The notes beneath the pieces were generated by a model. The model was not told the DNA's origin. It did no database searches and worked only from the letters and a program-made list of their open reading frames with translations. A stretch of DNA of 64,000 nucleotides from Herminiimonas sp. (GTDB lineage: Bacteria > Pseudomonadota > Gammaproteobacteria > Burkholderiales > Burkholderiaceae_D): positions 7,855-71,854 of the forward strand of contig JAQGMR010000017.1 of the NCBI GenBank assembly GCA_028292265.1. The letters run 5' to 3'. The position numbers and the translations under genes were made by a program. Below are positions 12,131 to 22,690 of this stretch, piece by piece; the first letter of the stretch is position 1; every line of letters starts with the position of its first letter.

Positions 12131-12838
12131 TCAAGATTTCACGGACAGCATATAGCCTACACTACGCACCGTCCGGATCAGGTGCTCCGCGTCTTTCAGC
12201 GCCTTCCGCAAACGAAGCACATGAACGTCCACCGTGCGCTCTTCAATGTCGACATGGTCGCCCCATACCCGGTCAAGCAACTGGCCGCGCGAAAAAACCC
12301 GTTCCGGATTGGCGAGCAAAAATTTAAGCAACCGATATTCCGCATGGCCCATCTCGAGCTTCTCGCCGGCCAGCGTCACGGTGCAACTTGCTGGGTTCAG
12401 GCTCAGGGCGCCGGCTATCAAAGGTGCGCCGCCGTGCTCAGGCGTCTTGCGGCGCAACAGCGCCTTGACCCGTGCCGAAAGTTCGCGTGGCGAGAACGGC
12501 TTCGTGACGTAGTCGTCCGCGCCCTGGTCAAGGCCGGCCACCTTGTCTTCTTCGGTGCTTTTCGCCGTGAGCAGCATGACGGGTATGTCGCTGAACTCGC
12601 GGTCGGACCGCATTCGCGACAAGAAGACCAGGCCGGGGTGATCTGGCAGCATCCAGTCCAGCAAGATCAGATTGGGCGGGCGCCGCAAAAGACATTCCCA
12701 CGCTTGCGCGACCGTGCCTGCCACTACCGATTCGCAGCCCGCCTGTTGCAGGGTATAGACCACCAACTCCACGATGGAAGGCTCGTCCTCCACAATCAGG
12801 ACGAACGGCTTGCCAACGGCGGAACGCACGCCACTCAA
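12131..12838 (-). CDS. phoB: Phosphate regulon response regulator PhoB (OmpR family)
   Basis: Receiver motifs VLIVEDEPSI and ILLDWMLPD, and winged-helix RTVDVHVLRLRKAL. The track start at 12838 is a TTG overlapping the phoU stop, so the exact start is uncertain. Confidence 0.9.
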   Translation of the reverse strand: MSGVRSAVGKPFVLIVEDEPSIVELVVYTLQQAGCESVVAGTVAQAWECLLRRPPNLILLDWMLPDHPGLVFLSRMRSDREFSDIPVMLLTAKSTEEDKVAGLDQGADDYVTKPFSPRELSARVKALLRRKTPEHGGAPLIAGALSLNPASCTVTLAGEKLEMGHAEYRLLKFLLANPERVFSRGQLLDRVWGDHVDIEERTVDVHVLRLRKALKDAEHLIRTVRSVGYMLSVKS

Positions 12839-13542
12839 ACCGTCTGATCCTGCGCGGTGGAGGCAGCATGATCGGTATGACGGATGTCCTTGCCTTCCAC
12901 CACATAGATCACATATTCGGCGATGTTTTTCGCATGGTCGCCAATCCGCTCGATCGCCTTGGCCACCCAGAGCGTGTCGAGCGCCGCTGAAATGGTGCGC
13001 GGGTCTTCCATCATGAAGGTGATCAGGTTGCGCATGATCGAGCGAAACTCATGATCGATAACGGCGTCCTGGCCAATTAGCTTCATCGCCTGCACGGAGT
13101 CCAGCCTGGCGAACGCGTCCAGTGCATCGTGCAGCAAGTCGCTGGCAGCGGCCGATATCACCCGCACGGTTTCATAGTGATTGATGTTCGTAATGCCGCG
13201 GGCATGGATGGCATGCGCCGCGCGGGCAATCTTGGTGGATTCGTCGCCCACGCGCTCGAGGTCGGTAATGACCTTGATTGTCGCCATCACCATGCGCAAA
13301 TCGTTGGCTGCGGGCTGTCGACGCACGATCAGGTGGCTGCACGCATCGTCAAGCATCACCTCCAGCTTGTTGACCGTTGCGTCGCCCTTCATAACCTGCT
13401 CGGCCTGGGCCACATTACCGGTTCGAAATGCGTCCATGGCATCGCGGAACTGGCTCTCCACCAGGCCTGCCATCAGCAACACTTTCGAACGGATCGTTTC
13501 AAGATCAAGGTCGTATTGCCTTGATGAATGCTCGGCGGGCAT
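12835..13542 (-). CDS. phoU: Phosphate signalling protein PhoU
   Basis: 235 aa with two PhoU repeats carrying the metal-binding motifs ERVGDESTKIAR and ERIGDHAKNIAE. Confidence 0.92.
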   Translation of the reverse strand: MPAEHSSRQYDLDLETIRSKVLLMAGLVESQFRDAMDAFRTGNVAQAEQVMKGDATVNKLEVMLDDACSHLIVRRQPAANDLRMVMATIKVITDLERVGDESTKIARAAHAIHARGITNINHYETVRVISAAASDLLHDALDAFARLDSVQAMKLIGQDAVIDHEFRSIMRNLITFMMEDPRTISAALDTLWVAKAIERIGDHAKNIAEYVIYVVEGKDIRHTDHAASTAQDQTV

Positions 13543-13626
13543 GCTGCTTCTCCTAAGTCTCTTGTGGTTCAGTTGATCACGTCGACAGGGGTGGCGCTTT
13601 GCGGGAAGGCATCGGCGCTTCCCAGA

Positions 13627-14607
13627 TTATCCGAAGCGGCCGGTGATGTAATCCTGGGTTTCTCGTTTGCCCGGATTCATGAAGATCTGGTCGGTATCGC
13701 CAAATTCGATCAGCTGCCCAAGGTACATATAGGCGGTGTAGTCTGAACAACGGGCCGCCTGCTGCATGTTATGGGTAACGATCGCAATCGTGTAGTCCTC
13801 TTTCAACTCGCTGATGAGCTCTTCAATCTTCGCGGTGGAAATCGGATCGAGTGCGGAGGTCGGCTCATCCAGCAGGAGCACATCGGGCTTTACGGCGACA
13901 CCGCGCGCGATGCACAGACGCTGCTGCTGGCCGCCGGAAAGGCTCAGGCCACTCATCTTCAGCTTGTCCTTCACCTCGCCCCACAATGCCGCCTTGTTCA
14001 AGGCCCATTCCACGCGCTCATCCATTTCTCCCTTTGGCAGATTTTCATAGAGCCGCACACCGAAGGCGATGTTTTCATAGACCGACATCGGGAACGGTGT
14101 CGGCTTCTGAAACACCATGCCGACCTTTGCCCGCAACATATTCAGGTCCTGCTGCGCCTCGAGAATATTGCGGCCGTTGTAAAGTATTTTTCCTTCGGCG
14201 CGCTGCCCGGGGTAAAGGTCATACATGCGATTGAGCGTGCGTAGCAGCGTCGACTTGCCACAACCGGAAGGACCAATGAATGCGGTGACCTTTTTTTCAT
14301 GGATCCTGAGATTAATGTCTTTCAATCCCTGGAAAGTGCCATAGAAAAAGTTCAGACCAAGGATTTCTATGGTGGCAGCGGGCGCAGACTGTTCGACCGC
14401 CCCATTGGACGACGTGCGTGATGCCTCGTCCAATGATGCGGCCGGCTTCGGCGCTGGAGCAGGCGTCGAAAACCGTGACCGCGCCGGGTCAACATCGCCG
14501 CGAGCCGGGCTCAAGGGTGCCTCGGCATTCCCCGGCGCGGCCCCGCTGCCTGTACCGGGCAGAGTCGACGCTTCCGGCAATGCATATCGTGTCGGCATGT
14601 TGTTCAT
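13627..14607 (-). CDS. pstB: Phosphate ABC transporter ATPase PstB, with a ~65-aa Pro/Ala-rich N-terminal extension
   Basis: Walker [10 protein letters not shown], signature [13 protein letters not shown] and Walker [13 protein letters not shown]. There is no internal Met before the conserved core. Confidence 0.93.
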   Translation of the reverse strand: MNNMPTRYALPEASTLPGTGSGAAPGNAEAPLSPARGDVDPARSRFSTPAPAPKPAASLDEASRTSSNGAVEQSAPAATIEILGLNFFYGTFQGLKDINLRIHEKKVTAFIGPSGCGKSTLLRTLNRMYDLYPGQRAEGKILYNGRNILEAQQDLNMLRAKVGMVFQKPTPFPMSVYENIAFGVRLYENLPKGEMDERVEWALNKAALWGEVKDKLKMSGLSLSGGQQQRLCIARGVAVKPDVLLLDEPTSALDPISTAKIEELISELKEDYTIAIVTHNMQQAARCSDYTAYMYLGQLIEFGDTDQIFMNPGKRETQDYITGRFG

Positions 14608-14626
14608 GTAAGTTGAGCTGGCCTGT

Positions 14627-15526
14627 TCAGGAGTGACCCTGATTTTTCTGGTTGAAGAGAGTACGGGACACGATGTTCAGAGCCAATACGCTGCAGGTTA
14701 GCAGCAAGGCTCCGCCCCATGCCAGCGAGCGCCAGTTCTCGTACGGACTCATCGCGAACTGGTAGATCACCACCGGAAGGTTCGCCATCGGCGCGTTCAT
14801 GTCGTTACTGTAGAACTGGTTGTTCAAGGCCGTAAACAGCAGCGGCGCGGTTTCGCCAGAGATGCGCGCCACTGCCAGCAGCATGCCAGTCATGACGCCG
14901 GCCTTGACGGCGCGCAGTCGAATCATGGTTGCCACTTTCCAGCGCGGTGCACCCAGCGCAAAAGCCGCTTCGCGCAGGCTGGTCGGCACCAGGTTCAGCA
15001 TGTTGTCGGTGGTCCGCACCACCACAGGAATAGCAATGAGCGCAATGGCGAAGCTGCCGGCCCACCCCGAGAAATGCCTGGCGTGGGCCACGTAGACCGC
15101 GTACACAAAAAGCCCGGTCACGATGGACGGCGCGGACAGCATGATGTCGGTAACGAAGCGAGTGGTTTTTGCAAGCAAGCTTCGTTCGCCGTATTCGGCC
15201 AGATAAACGCCGGCAAGGATGCCGACCGGCGTGCTTACCAGCGTCGCCACGCCCACCATCAACAGGCTGCCCACAATGGCATTGATCAATCCGCCACCCT
15301 CGTTCCCCGGCGGCGGCGTGGTTTGGGTGAACAGGGCCGGCCCCAGGGCGCCAGCACCGTTGACGAGCAGCGTAAAGAGAATCCACATCAGAAAGGAAAT
15401 GCCGACTGCCATGGCCGCGACGGAAAGACTGATGCCGATCCGATGCATCAGTAGCCGGCGGCGATAGACGGGGTTCATCGCGGGCCGGGACAGTTTGTCA
15501 GCGTTCGGGCGGTCTGCCGTCTGCAT
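14627..15526 (-). CDS. pstA: Phosphate ABC transporter permease PstA
   Basis: Polytopic membrane protein with the EAA-loop [20 protein letters not shown]. It sits between pstC and pstB. Confidence 0.9.
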   Translation of the reverse strand: MQTADRPNADKLSRPAMNPVYRRRLLMHRIGISLSVAAMAVGISFLMWILFTLLVNGAGALGPALFTQTTPPPGNEGGGLINAIVGSLLMVGVATLVSTPVGILAGVYLAEYGERSLLAKTTRFVTDIMLSAPSIVTGLFVYAVYVAHARHFSGWAGSFAIALIAIPVVVRTTDNMLNLVPTSLREAAFALGAPRWKVATMIRLRAVKAGVMTGMLLAVARISGETAPLLFTALNNQFYSNDMNAPMANLPVVIYQFAMSPYENWRSLAWGGALLLTCSVLALNIVSRTLFNQKNQGHS

Positions 15527-16530
15527 TATTTCAGGCCCTCGTTCTTCTGCATCGATCGCAGCATAAGCTTCGCCGCTGAAAGCACGACAAAGGTAATCAG
15601 GAAAAGGATAAGGCCGAGCGCGTAAAGCGACGATACATGCAGCACCGAATCGGCTTCAGCGAACTCATTGGCCAGCGTCGATGCAATGCTATTCCCCGGC
15701 GCGAAAAGTGACCATGACAGGTTCTGCGCATTGCCGATGACGAAGGTGACTGCCATGGTTTCGCCGAGCGCCCGTCCCAGCCCCAGCATTACGCCACCGA
15801 CGACGCCGATCCGGGTGTATGGCAACACAACTTTACGAACGACTTCCCACTTGGTGCAGCCGAGCGCGTAGGCACTTTCCTTCAGAACCGCGGGTACAAC
15901 CTCGAAGACATCGCGCATGACCGACGCGATGAACGGGATGATCATAATTGCAAGGATGAGCCCCGCGGTCAGCATGCCGATGCCCATGGCAGGACCACGA
16001 AACAGTGCACCAATTACGGGCAGCTTGCCGATGGTCGCTGCGAGCAGCGGCTGGATATGCGAGGCACAGAACGGTGCAAAGACAAACAACCCCCACATGC
16101 CGTAGATGATGCTCGGGACACCAGCCAGCAATTCAATCGCTGTGCCGAGCGGCCGCTTGAGCCACGCTGGACAAATCTCAGTCAGGAACAGGGCAATGCC
16201 GAAGCTCAATGGGAACGCCAGCAACAAGGCGATGATGGACGTGACCAGGGTACCGACAATTGCGATGGTGGCGCCGTACCGATCGTTGACCGGATCCCAA
16301 TCGATCGTCGTGAAAAAGGCCGGACCGAACGCGCGAAAGGCCGGCAGGGAGCCAATGATGAGCGATACGATGATGCCGCCCAAAACGACCAGCACGCTTA
16401 GTGCAAACAGCAGCGTCACCTTGTGAAAGATGAAGTCCTGCAAGCGCTGGGCGCGCATGGCGCGATGCAGTGCCTTGTCGGTTGGGACATGGGCAACGGT
16501 AGCGTCGGCGTAGCTCAGGTTTGCAGTCAT
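15526..16530 (-). CDS. pstC: Phosphate ABC transporter permease PstC
   Basis: Track ORF 15526..16581, with ATG 16530 ([12 protein letters not shown]) preferred. It has the EAA-loop [20 protein letters not shown] and a 1-nt overlap with pstA. Confidence 0.88.
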   Translation of the reverse strand: MTANLSYADATVAHVPTDKALHRAMRAQRLQDFIFHKVTLLFALSVLVVLGGIIVSLIIGSLPAFRAFGPAFFTTIDWDPVNDRYGATIAIVGTLVTSIIALLLAFPLSFGIALFLTEICPAWLKRPLGTAIELLAGVPSIIYGMWGLFVFAPFCASHIQPLLAATIGKLPVIGALFRGPAMGIGMLTAGLILAIMIIPFIASVMRDVFEVVPAVLKESAYALGCTKWEVVRKVVLPYTRIGVVGGVMLGLGRALGETMAVTFVIGNAQNLSWSLFAPGNSIASTLANEFAEADSVLHVSSLYALGLILFLITFVVLSAAKLMLRSMQKNEGLK

Positions 16531-16593
16531 GGGTGGTCCGGATGCTCCAAGTGCCCGGCGAGGTTTTCCCCTTCCGGGCACAGTTGAACTTGC

Positions 16594-16619
16594 ATGAGGC
16601 CGGAACGATCCGGCCTCAT
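16594..16619 (-). promoter_or_regulatory. Perfect 11-bp stem-loop between pstS and pstC
   Basis: atgaggccgga-acga-tccggcctcat lies 30 nt downstream of the pstS stop. An intercistronic hairpin at this position is the classic means of over-expressing pstS relative to the permease genes. That functional reading is an inference. Confidence 0.5.
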
Positions 16620-16648
16620 TGATCGGGTCAAGACGGTGGCTTTCGCAG

Positions 16649-17692
16649 CTACCAGACTTGCTTGCCCGCAGCGTCTTTCAAGTTGGCTTTCCACGAATCC
16701 TCTACCAATTTGACGACCGGGGCTGGCATCGCAACGTAATCCAGTTCCGTCGCCATTGCACCGCCATTCTTGTAGGCCCAGTCGAAAAATTTCAGTACTT
16801 CCTTGCCTTTTGCGCCGTCCGCCTGACTCTTGTGCAGGAGCACGAAGGTGGCGCCAGTGACTGGCCAGCTATTCTTGCCTGGCTGGTCCGTGAGTACGAC
16901 CCCGAAACCAGGCGCGCTGTTCCAATTTGCGCCTGCAGCGGCAGCCTTGAAGCTGCTGTCGTCTGGCTGGACAAATTGGCCGTCCCTGTTTTTCAGCTGC
17001 GTATGGGGGATGGCGTTCTTATGGGCATAGGCATACTCGACATAACCGATAGCACCCTTGATGCGCTGAACGTTGGCTGCGACACCTTCATTGCCCTTGC
17101 CGCCCACGCCAACTGGCCATTTTACGGCCGTTCCGGAACCTACCGTTGTCTTGAAATCGGGGCTCGATTTTGACAGGAAGTCAGTCCATAAAAACGAGGT
17201 GCCCGAGCCGTCGGCTCGGTGGACCACTGTAATGTCATCGGCCGGCAGCTTGACGCCAGGGTTGAGCTCAGCGATTTCCGGTGCATTCCACTTGGTGACC
17301 TTGCCAAGGTAAATATTGGCAATGACAGCGCCCGTCATTTTTAGTTGTCCAGGCTTGATGCCTTCCACGTTGACGATTGGCACCACGCCACCCATGATGG
17401 CGGGGAACTGCTCCAGCCCTTCCTTTGCAAGCTCCGCCTCGGGCAGCGGCATGTCGGACGCGCCGAAGTCAACCGTCTTCGCCTTGATCTGCTTGATGCC
17501 GCCGCCGGAGCCGATCGACTGATAGTTCAGCCCGATGTTAGTCGATTTCTTGTAGGCTTCGGCCCACTTGGAAAGAATCGGATAGGCGAACGTTGAGCCG
17601 GCGCCGGTAATGTCGGCAGCCAGGGCAGGATTAAAGGAGGCAGCGACAATCGCAAAGAGTAGCCCTGTCTTGACCAGTTTCTTGAGTTGCAT
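16649..17692 (-). CDS. pstS: Periplasmic phosphate-binding protein PstS
   Basis: Track ORF trimmed to ATG 17692, which is preceded by AGGAG. The signal peptide is [25 protein letters not shown], followed by [18 protein letters not shown]. Confidence 0.93.
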   Translation of the reverse strand: MQLKKLVKTGLLFAIVAASFNPALAADITGAGSTFAYPILSKWAEAYKKSTNIGLNYQSIGSGGGIKQIKAKTVDFGASDMPLPEAELAKEGLEQFPAIMGGVVPIVNVEGIKPGQLKMTGAVIANIYLGKVTKWNAPEIAELNPGVKLPADDITVVHRADGSGTSFLWTDFLSKSSPDFKTTVGSGTAVKWPVGVGGKGNEGVAANVQRIKGAIGYVEYAYAHKNAIPHTQLKNRDGQFVQPDDSSFKAAAAGANWNSAPGFGVVLTDQPGKNSWPVTGATFVLLHKSQADGAKGKEVLKFFDWAYKNGGAMATELDYVAMPAPVVKLVEDSWKANLKDAAGKQVW

Positions 17693-17758
17693 GAATGCTC
17701 CTGTAGTGGAATTTTGTCTTGAGAACAGGCGAACTCTAGATGACGAATATGACGCGTC

Positions 17759-17777
17759 CATGACAGATCGTGACAAG
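17759..17777 (-). promoter_or_regulatory. Candidate Pho box upstream of pstS
   Basis: The minus strand reads CTTGTCACGATCTGTCATG, giving two TGTCA cores followed ~10 nt later by ATATTC (-10-like). The cores are 10 bp apart rather than the canonical 11. Confidence 0.5.
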
Positions 17778-17797
17778 CTGCCAGCGAAACTAAAGAC

Positions 17798-17815
17798 ATG
17801 TCATAAAATTGACAT
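17798..17815. promoter_or_regulatory. Pho-box-like near-palindrome in the pstS/ppk1 divergent region
   Basis: ATGTCATAAAATTGACAT contains TGTCAT and TGACAT cores 11 bp apart with an A/T spacer. It reads similarly on both strands, so it could serve pstS, ppk1 or both. Confidence 0.45.
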
Positions 17816-17871
17816 CGAAACAGCGCAAGCTCCGGAGCACTCCAAAAAACCGTGATTGAAAATCCTGCTAT

Positions 17872-19980
17872 ATGAGCAAGAAAAGCAAGCCGCCTAAACT
17901 GCCGGAGGAAGCACCAGCGCCTGAAATCTATTTGAATCGCGAGTTGTCGCAACTGGCGTTCAATCGGCGCGTTCTCGCGCAGGCCGAAGACCGATCGATA
18001 CCGCTGCTGGAACGCCTGCGCTACCTTTGCATTGTCAGCAGCAACCTAGACGAGTTTTTCGAAGTGCGTATTGCCAGTCTGCTGGCCCGCAACCGGCTCG
18101 ATATCGACGCGCCGGAACCGCCAGCTTTGAGCGCGGCCCTCGAACGTACCAGCATTGAATGCCATCAGATCGTTCACCGGCAATACGCCATCCTGAACCA
18201 TGAAATACTGCCGCGCATGGCGGAGCACAACATGCGCCTGTTGCGGCACGAGGATCGAACGGAGGCGCAACGGGCCTGGGTCAAGGCCTACTTCGAGAAA
18301 GAAGTGCGTCCGCTCTTGACGCCAATTGGGCTGGATCCGGCTCACCCGTTTCCGCAGGTCGTCAACAAGAGCCTCAACTTTATCGTCGAACTTTCGGGCA
18401 AGGACGCTTTCGGGCGCGGCTCCGCAATCGCGATCCTCAAAGCGCCGCGCGTTTTGCCACGAGTGATTCGTCTGCCGCCGGAGTTGTCGGGCGGCGGGCT
18501 CGCTTTCTGCCTTCTGTCGTCGATCATCCACGCCCATATATCGGACCTTTTTACCGACCGGGAGGTGCTCGCCTATTCGCAATTCCGCGTTACGCGCAAT
18601 AGCGACCTGTGGGTCGATGAAGAAGAAGTGAAAAATCTGCGCCAAGCTCTGCAAAGCGAACTGCAAAGCAGGCCCTTTGGCGTCGCGGTGCGGCTGGAAG
18701 TCGCGCGCAATTGCCCCGCCAATCTTGCCGACTTCCTTCTGCAGCAATTTTCCATTCCGCGCAATCGGCTCTATGCTGTCGACGGTCCGGTCAATATGGT
18801 CCGGCTGTCGGAATTGATCGAACACTCCAGCGACCCGGCACTGCGGTTCGCGCCTTTTACACCCACCTTTCCGCCGAAACTGCAGGGTGCAGATATCTTC
18901 GCCCTGCTACGCAAGCAGGACGTGTTGCTGCACCACCCATTTCAGTCGTTCCAGCCGCTGCTCGATTTCATTCGCGTCGCAGCGGAAGATCCGTGTGTCG
19001 TGGCGATCAAGCAAACGATCTACCGGACAGGCATGAACTCCGACCTGATGGATTCCCTCATCATGGCGGCGCAGCGCGGCAAGGAAGTGACGGTGATCGT
19101 GGAGCTGATGGCACGCTTCGACGAAGAGGCCAACATCAACTGGGCCGATCGATTGGAGCGGGTTGGCGCGCAGGTGGTGTATGGGGTGGTTGGCCTGAAA
19201 ACCCATGCCAAGATGGCGCTGGTCATTCGTCGGGAAGAAACTGGCCTGCGCAGCTATGCGCATCTGGGCACGGGAAATTACCATCCCAACACCACCAAGC
19301 TCTACACCGACTTTGGCCTTCTCACCGCCAATGTCGCCTTGACCAGCGACGTCAATGAAGTCTTCATTCACCTGACCAGTCTGACCAAGCCGAGCCGGCT
19401 CGTGCATTTATGGCTTGCGCCCTTTTCCTTGCATCGCGAATTGATCAAGGCCATCCGGAATGAAGCCAGCATTGCGCGGAGCGGCCGGCCGGCACGCATC
19501 ATCGCCAAGATGAATGGCTTGCTCGACGAGTCAGTAATTCGGGCGCTGTATGCCGCCTCGGCCGACGGCGTCAAGATCGATCTGTTGGTACGTGGCGCCT
19601 GTGCCCTGCGGCCGGGCGTGGCCGGGCTGTCGGAAAACATTCGGGTCTTCTCGATTGTTGGCCGTTTCCTCGAGCACACCCGCATTTTTTATTTTCGCAA
19701 CGCGCTTGCCCACGATATCTGGCTGTCCAGCGCGGACTGGATGAACCGCAATCTGTTCCGGCGGGTGGAGGTGGCGTTCCCGATACTGGACAAGGTGCTG
19801 AAGCGACGTGTCATGAAGGAAGGCCTGGAGCCGTATTTGAAGGACAACGTCAACGCGTGGGAACTGCTCCAGGATGGCCGCTACCACCTCCGTCGAAGGC
19901 GGGGCAAGAAGACGACGTTCTGCGCACAGCAGTACCTGTTGCTGGCTCTTGCCTCGCCACCGCTGCTGCCTCGGGCCTGA
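17872..19980 (+). CDS. ppk1: Polyphosphate kinase 1
   Basis: 702 aa with NRELSQLAFNRRVLAQAED, the autophosphorylation His in GLKTHAKMALV, and two PLD-like C-terminal domains. Confidence 0.95.
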   Translation: MSKKSKPPKLPEEAPAPEIYLNRELSQLAFNRRVLAQAEDRSIPLLERLRYLCIVSSNLDEFFEVRIASLLARNRLDIDAPEPPALSAALERTSIECHQIVHRQYAILNHEILPRMAEHNMRLLRHEDRTEAQRAWVKAYFEKEVRPLLTPIGLDPAHPFPQVVNKSLNFIVELSGKDAFGRGSAIAILKAPRVLPRVIRLPPELSGGGLAFCLLSSIIHAHISDLFTDREVLAYSQFRVTRNSDLWVDEEEVKNLRQALQSELQSRPFGVAVRLEVARNCPANLADFLLQQFSIPRNRLYAVDGPVNMVRLSELIEHSSDPALRFAPFTPTFPPKLQGADIFALLRKQDVLLHHPFQSFQPLLDFIRVAAEDPCVVAIKQTIYRTGMNSDLMDSLIMAAQRGKEVTVIVELMARFDEEANINWADRLERVGAQVVYGVVGLKTHAKMALVIRREETGLRSYAHLGTGNYHPNTTKLYTDFGLLTANVALTSDVNEVFIHLTSLTKPSRLVHLWLAPFSLHRELIKAIRNEASIARSGRPARIIAKMNGLLDESVIRALYAASADGVKIDLLVRGACALRPGVAGLSENIRVFSIVGRFLEHTRIFYFRNALAHDIWLSSADWMNRNLFRRVEVAFPILDKVLKRRVMKEGLEPYLKDNVNAWELLQDGRYHLRRRRGKKTTFCAQQYLLLALASPPLLPRA

Positions 19981-20289
19981 ACGCACTTCTGCCTGCTGAT
20001 GCAAGCGACCGCGACGTGCAGCATGCGGTCGCCATACGTCTGCCCTCATTGCTGAGGCGACGCCAGTTCGGCATCTCCCCCGTGGTCCCTTCTTTCGCCG
20101 CAAATGGGATTTGATTGTTCTCCCAGTAATTAGCCGGTCATAAATTCCAGTAAAAATGCGACAGCTTTTGAGCGGTCGTAACCGGAGCGACTCTTATGTC
20201 CGCTCGCAGGTTATTCACCCGCTCCCTGGCAACGCCCGGGCCGAAAACCGCGCCTCGGCTCAAGCAGAACCATCACTTAAAGGATCGCA

Positions 20290-22590
20290 ATGTCGAATCT
20301 TCGCAACGCTGCAATTTCGCAAAAAAAACTCTCTCTCACTGCAGTCGCCGCAGCGGCTTCGCTCCTGGCTGCCTGTGGGGGAAACACCGCGACTAACGCG
20401 CCGCTCGCGAGCACATCGGCGCAGACGATAAAGGGCACCCTTGTCGCAAGCGCATTCGTGTCAGGCAGCACGTCCGACCCAACTTTCGCCGCTGGCTATT
20501 ATCAAGGTGCGCTGGTATGTATCGACACCAATAGCAATGGCAAATGCGATATCGACGAAGCGCCTGTTACCACCGGCAGCAAGGGCGAATACAACCTCAC
20601 TGTCAGCTCGGCCGGACCGCTAATTGCCGATCTCGGGACTAACGCACTCAATACGGCAACTGGCGAAAAGGTAGCGACTCGAACGGTCTTCCGCGCGGCG
20701 AAGGAACAGATCACCGAGCAGGAATCGTCAGTTGTTATCAGCGCGCTTTCGACCGACGTCATGCGTCTGATGGAAGCCAATGGCAGCACCTATGCAACAG
20801 AGAAGCAAAATTTGGCGACCCGCCTCAGTGTTCCGCTGGACAAGGCTCTCGTCGACGTGAATGGTGTCACCGACCTCAAGCTCAAAACGGCGCTGCTGGG
20901 TGAATCAAACGCCTTGACCAATCGGTATGCCTACGCCATTACCAAGCTCGACCGCGGCGACCTTTATCCCGATGCCCTCGCATTCACCGGCGGCGACCCT
21001 GAAATTACGGGGCTGGCAGGTGTGACCGGCGCTACCGCTACCGCCCGCGACACACGAAAGCCCATAACCCTTCAACAGGCGCAACAGGCGGCATTCGAGA
21101 TTGAAGGTATTCCACGGTATGACCACGTATTCGTCGTCATGCTGGAAAACAAGGGAACGAAAGCAATCCTGAATTCACCTTTCGCGCCAAAAATTAATGG
21201 GTATTTAAAGGAAGGCAATCAGTTCACCAGCTACTACGCGACCGGAAATCCAAGCGAGCCGAACTATACCGCGCTCGGTGGCGCGGACGATTTCGGGATT
21301 GCCGACGACAGCCAATGGAATTGCGACGCGACCGGTGCCAACGCTGTCAAGGACTTGCCGCTGCCGGACAACACGCAACCCGGCCTGGCGAAATCGCCGT
21401 TTCAAAGCGTGTGTACCCAGGTTGCCGCCGTCAATCACAATGTGACTGCGCCGAATCTGTTCAATGCAATGACCAGTGTCGGCATGAGCTGGCGGACCTA
21501 CAGTGAATCGATGAACCCCGGCCAGGACTTCCGCACGGATAGCGTCGTCGACGCTGCGGTGAAAGCCCCTGATAACGTCTACCCAACGGGGACCCTGAAT
21601 GGCAACGCGGCCTCCATCGGCAATGCGCAATTGGTTCTGCCAATGCCGGCCGGACTTTACAAGACGAAGCACCACCCCGGCATGGCGTACCAGAACGTGC
21701 GTAGTGCGCCAGAGTTCAAGTACAGCAACCGCACTCTGGGTGGCGGTCAATGGGACAACACGCTGCTGAACAGTTCAGCCTATGCTATCCCCCAGGGCTA
21801 TAACGTCGATCAGTTCAGCACGGATCTTGCCAGCGGCAATGTTGGCAATCTCAACTTCGTGGTCCCCGATCAGTGCGACGACATGCATGGCATAACGGTC
21901 GCCGGCACGGTGACTGGCAGTGGCGCTGCAGGCACCGCCAGCGACTGCGGTGGAACGAACATCATTGCTCGCGGCGACAATTATGTAGATCTGCTGGTAA
22001 AGAAGATCAAGGCGTCTCCCCTCTGGACGAATCGTCAAAAGAAAGTTGCGATCGTTCTCATGTTCGATGAAGGCTCGGCCACTGCCGGATTTAACTCATG
22101 CTGCGGCTGGAACGTTGCGAACAGTACGGTCGCGCATCCACTCAAGCGCAATGCCGATGGCACCTGGTCTCCCGATGCGTCGATCAACAATTACACGAAG
22201 GGCAATCGCGGCCACGGCGAAAGCATTTATGGCGTGCTCACCAACCAGCCTGATGCACCGAAGGGCCAGGTCGACAGCGATGCGTACAGCCATTTTTCAT
22301 TCGTGCGAACGCTGCAAGACATGTTCCAGCTGGCCGACCCGAAGAATGATGCTTCTTACATGAACCGCTCCAAATATACGGAACGATTCATTGCCCAGAA
22401 TATCCTCAACCTGCCGGAATACGCTGGCAGCGCGGATACGCATTTTGACTCGGTGCGGCCAATGAACCACGCCCATGTGATCCCCGGAGCTTATGTGCAG
22501 AAGCAGTCGTCCGATATCGACACTACGACCAATGTCGCGCAGGTCGGCCCCGACGCTTCTCAAGTCAATCTCTGGGCGTTGAAAAAGTAA
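20290..22590 (+). CDS. Large secreted lipoprotein with a C-terminal phosphoesterase-family (AcpA/phospholipase C-like) domain and a ~275-aa N-terminal region of unknown fold
   Basis: Lipobox LLAACGG. The phosphoesterase-like core starts at YDHVFVVMLENKG, with later motifs KTKHHPGMAYQNV and VVPDQCDDMHG. An AAGGA RBS precedes the ATG. Confidence 0.72.
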   Translation: MSNLRNAAISQKKLSLTAVAAAASLLAACGGNTATNAPLASTSAQTIKGTLVASAFVSGSTSDPTFAAGYYQGALVCIDTNSNGKCDIDEAPVTTGSKGEYNLTVSSAGPLIADLGTNALNTATGEKVATRTVFRAAKEQITEQESSVVISALSTDVMRLMEANGSTYATEKQNLATRLSVPLDKALVDVNGVTDLKLKTALLGESNALTNRYAYAITKLDRGDLYPDALAFTGGDPEITGLAGVTGATATARDTRKPITLQQAQQAAFEIEGIPRYDHVFVVMLENKGTKAILNSPFAPKINGYLKEGNQFTSYYATGNPSEPNYTALGGADDFGIADDSQWNCDATGANAVKDLPLPDNTQPGLAKSPFQSVCTQVAAVNHNVTAPNLFNAMTSVGMSWRTYSESMNPGQDFRTDSVVDAAVKAPDNVYPTGTLNGNAASIGNAQLVLPMPAGLYKTKHHPGMAYQNVRSAPEFKYSNRTLGGGQWDNTLLNSSAYAIPQGYNVDQFSTDLASGNVGNLNFVVPDQCDDMHGITVAGTVTGSGAAGTASDCGGTNIIARGDNYVDLLVKKIKASPLWTNRQKKVAIVLMFDEGSATAGFNSCCGWNVANSTVAHPLKRNADGTWSPDASINNYTKGNRGHGESIYGVLTNQPDAPKGQVDSDAYSHFSFVRTLQDMFQLADPKNDASYMNRSKYTERFIAQNILNLPEYAGSADTHFDSVRPMNHAHVIPGAYVQKQSSDIDTTTNVAQVGPDASQVNLWALKK

Positions 22591-22690
22591 AGCCGCCTGC
22601 CGACTGTTGAAGGTCGGCATCCGCCGTCATGCAGCCGCCAACAGGCGCTGCATGACATGCTCTGCAAACTGGAAACCCAAGGCATCACCC

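Noticed and set aside
11921-12847. 308-aa plus-strand ORF.
   Set aside because: It is antisense to phoB and to the phoB-phoR spacer, with no motifs. phoB on the minus strand is unambiguous.
14413-14607. Pro/Ala-rich 65-aa N-terminal extension of PstB, considered as a novelty.
   Set aside because: As I recall, Burkholderiales PstB proteins commonly have such extensions. It is probably lineage-typical or partly a start-codon ambiguity.
20135-20152. CGGTCATAAATTCCAGTA upstream of the phosphoesterase lipoprotein, considered as a Pho box.
   Set aside because: Only the first half-site resembles CTGTCAT. The second heptamer, 11 bp away, does not match, so it is not reported as a feature.
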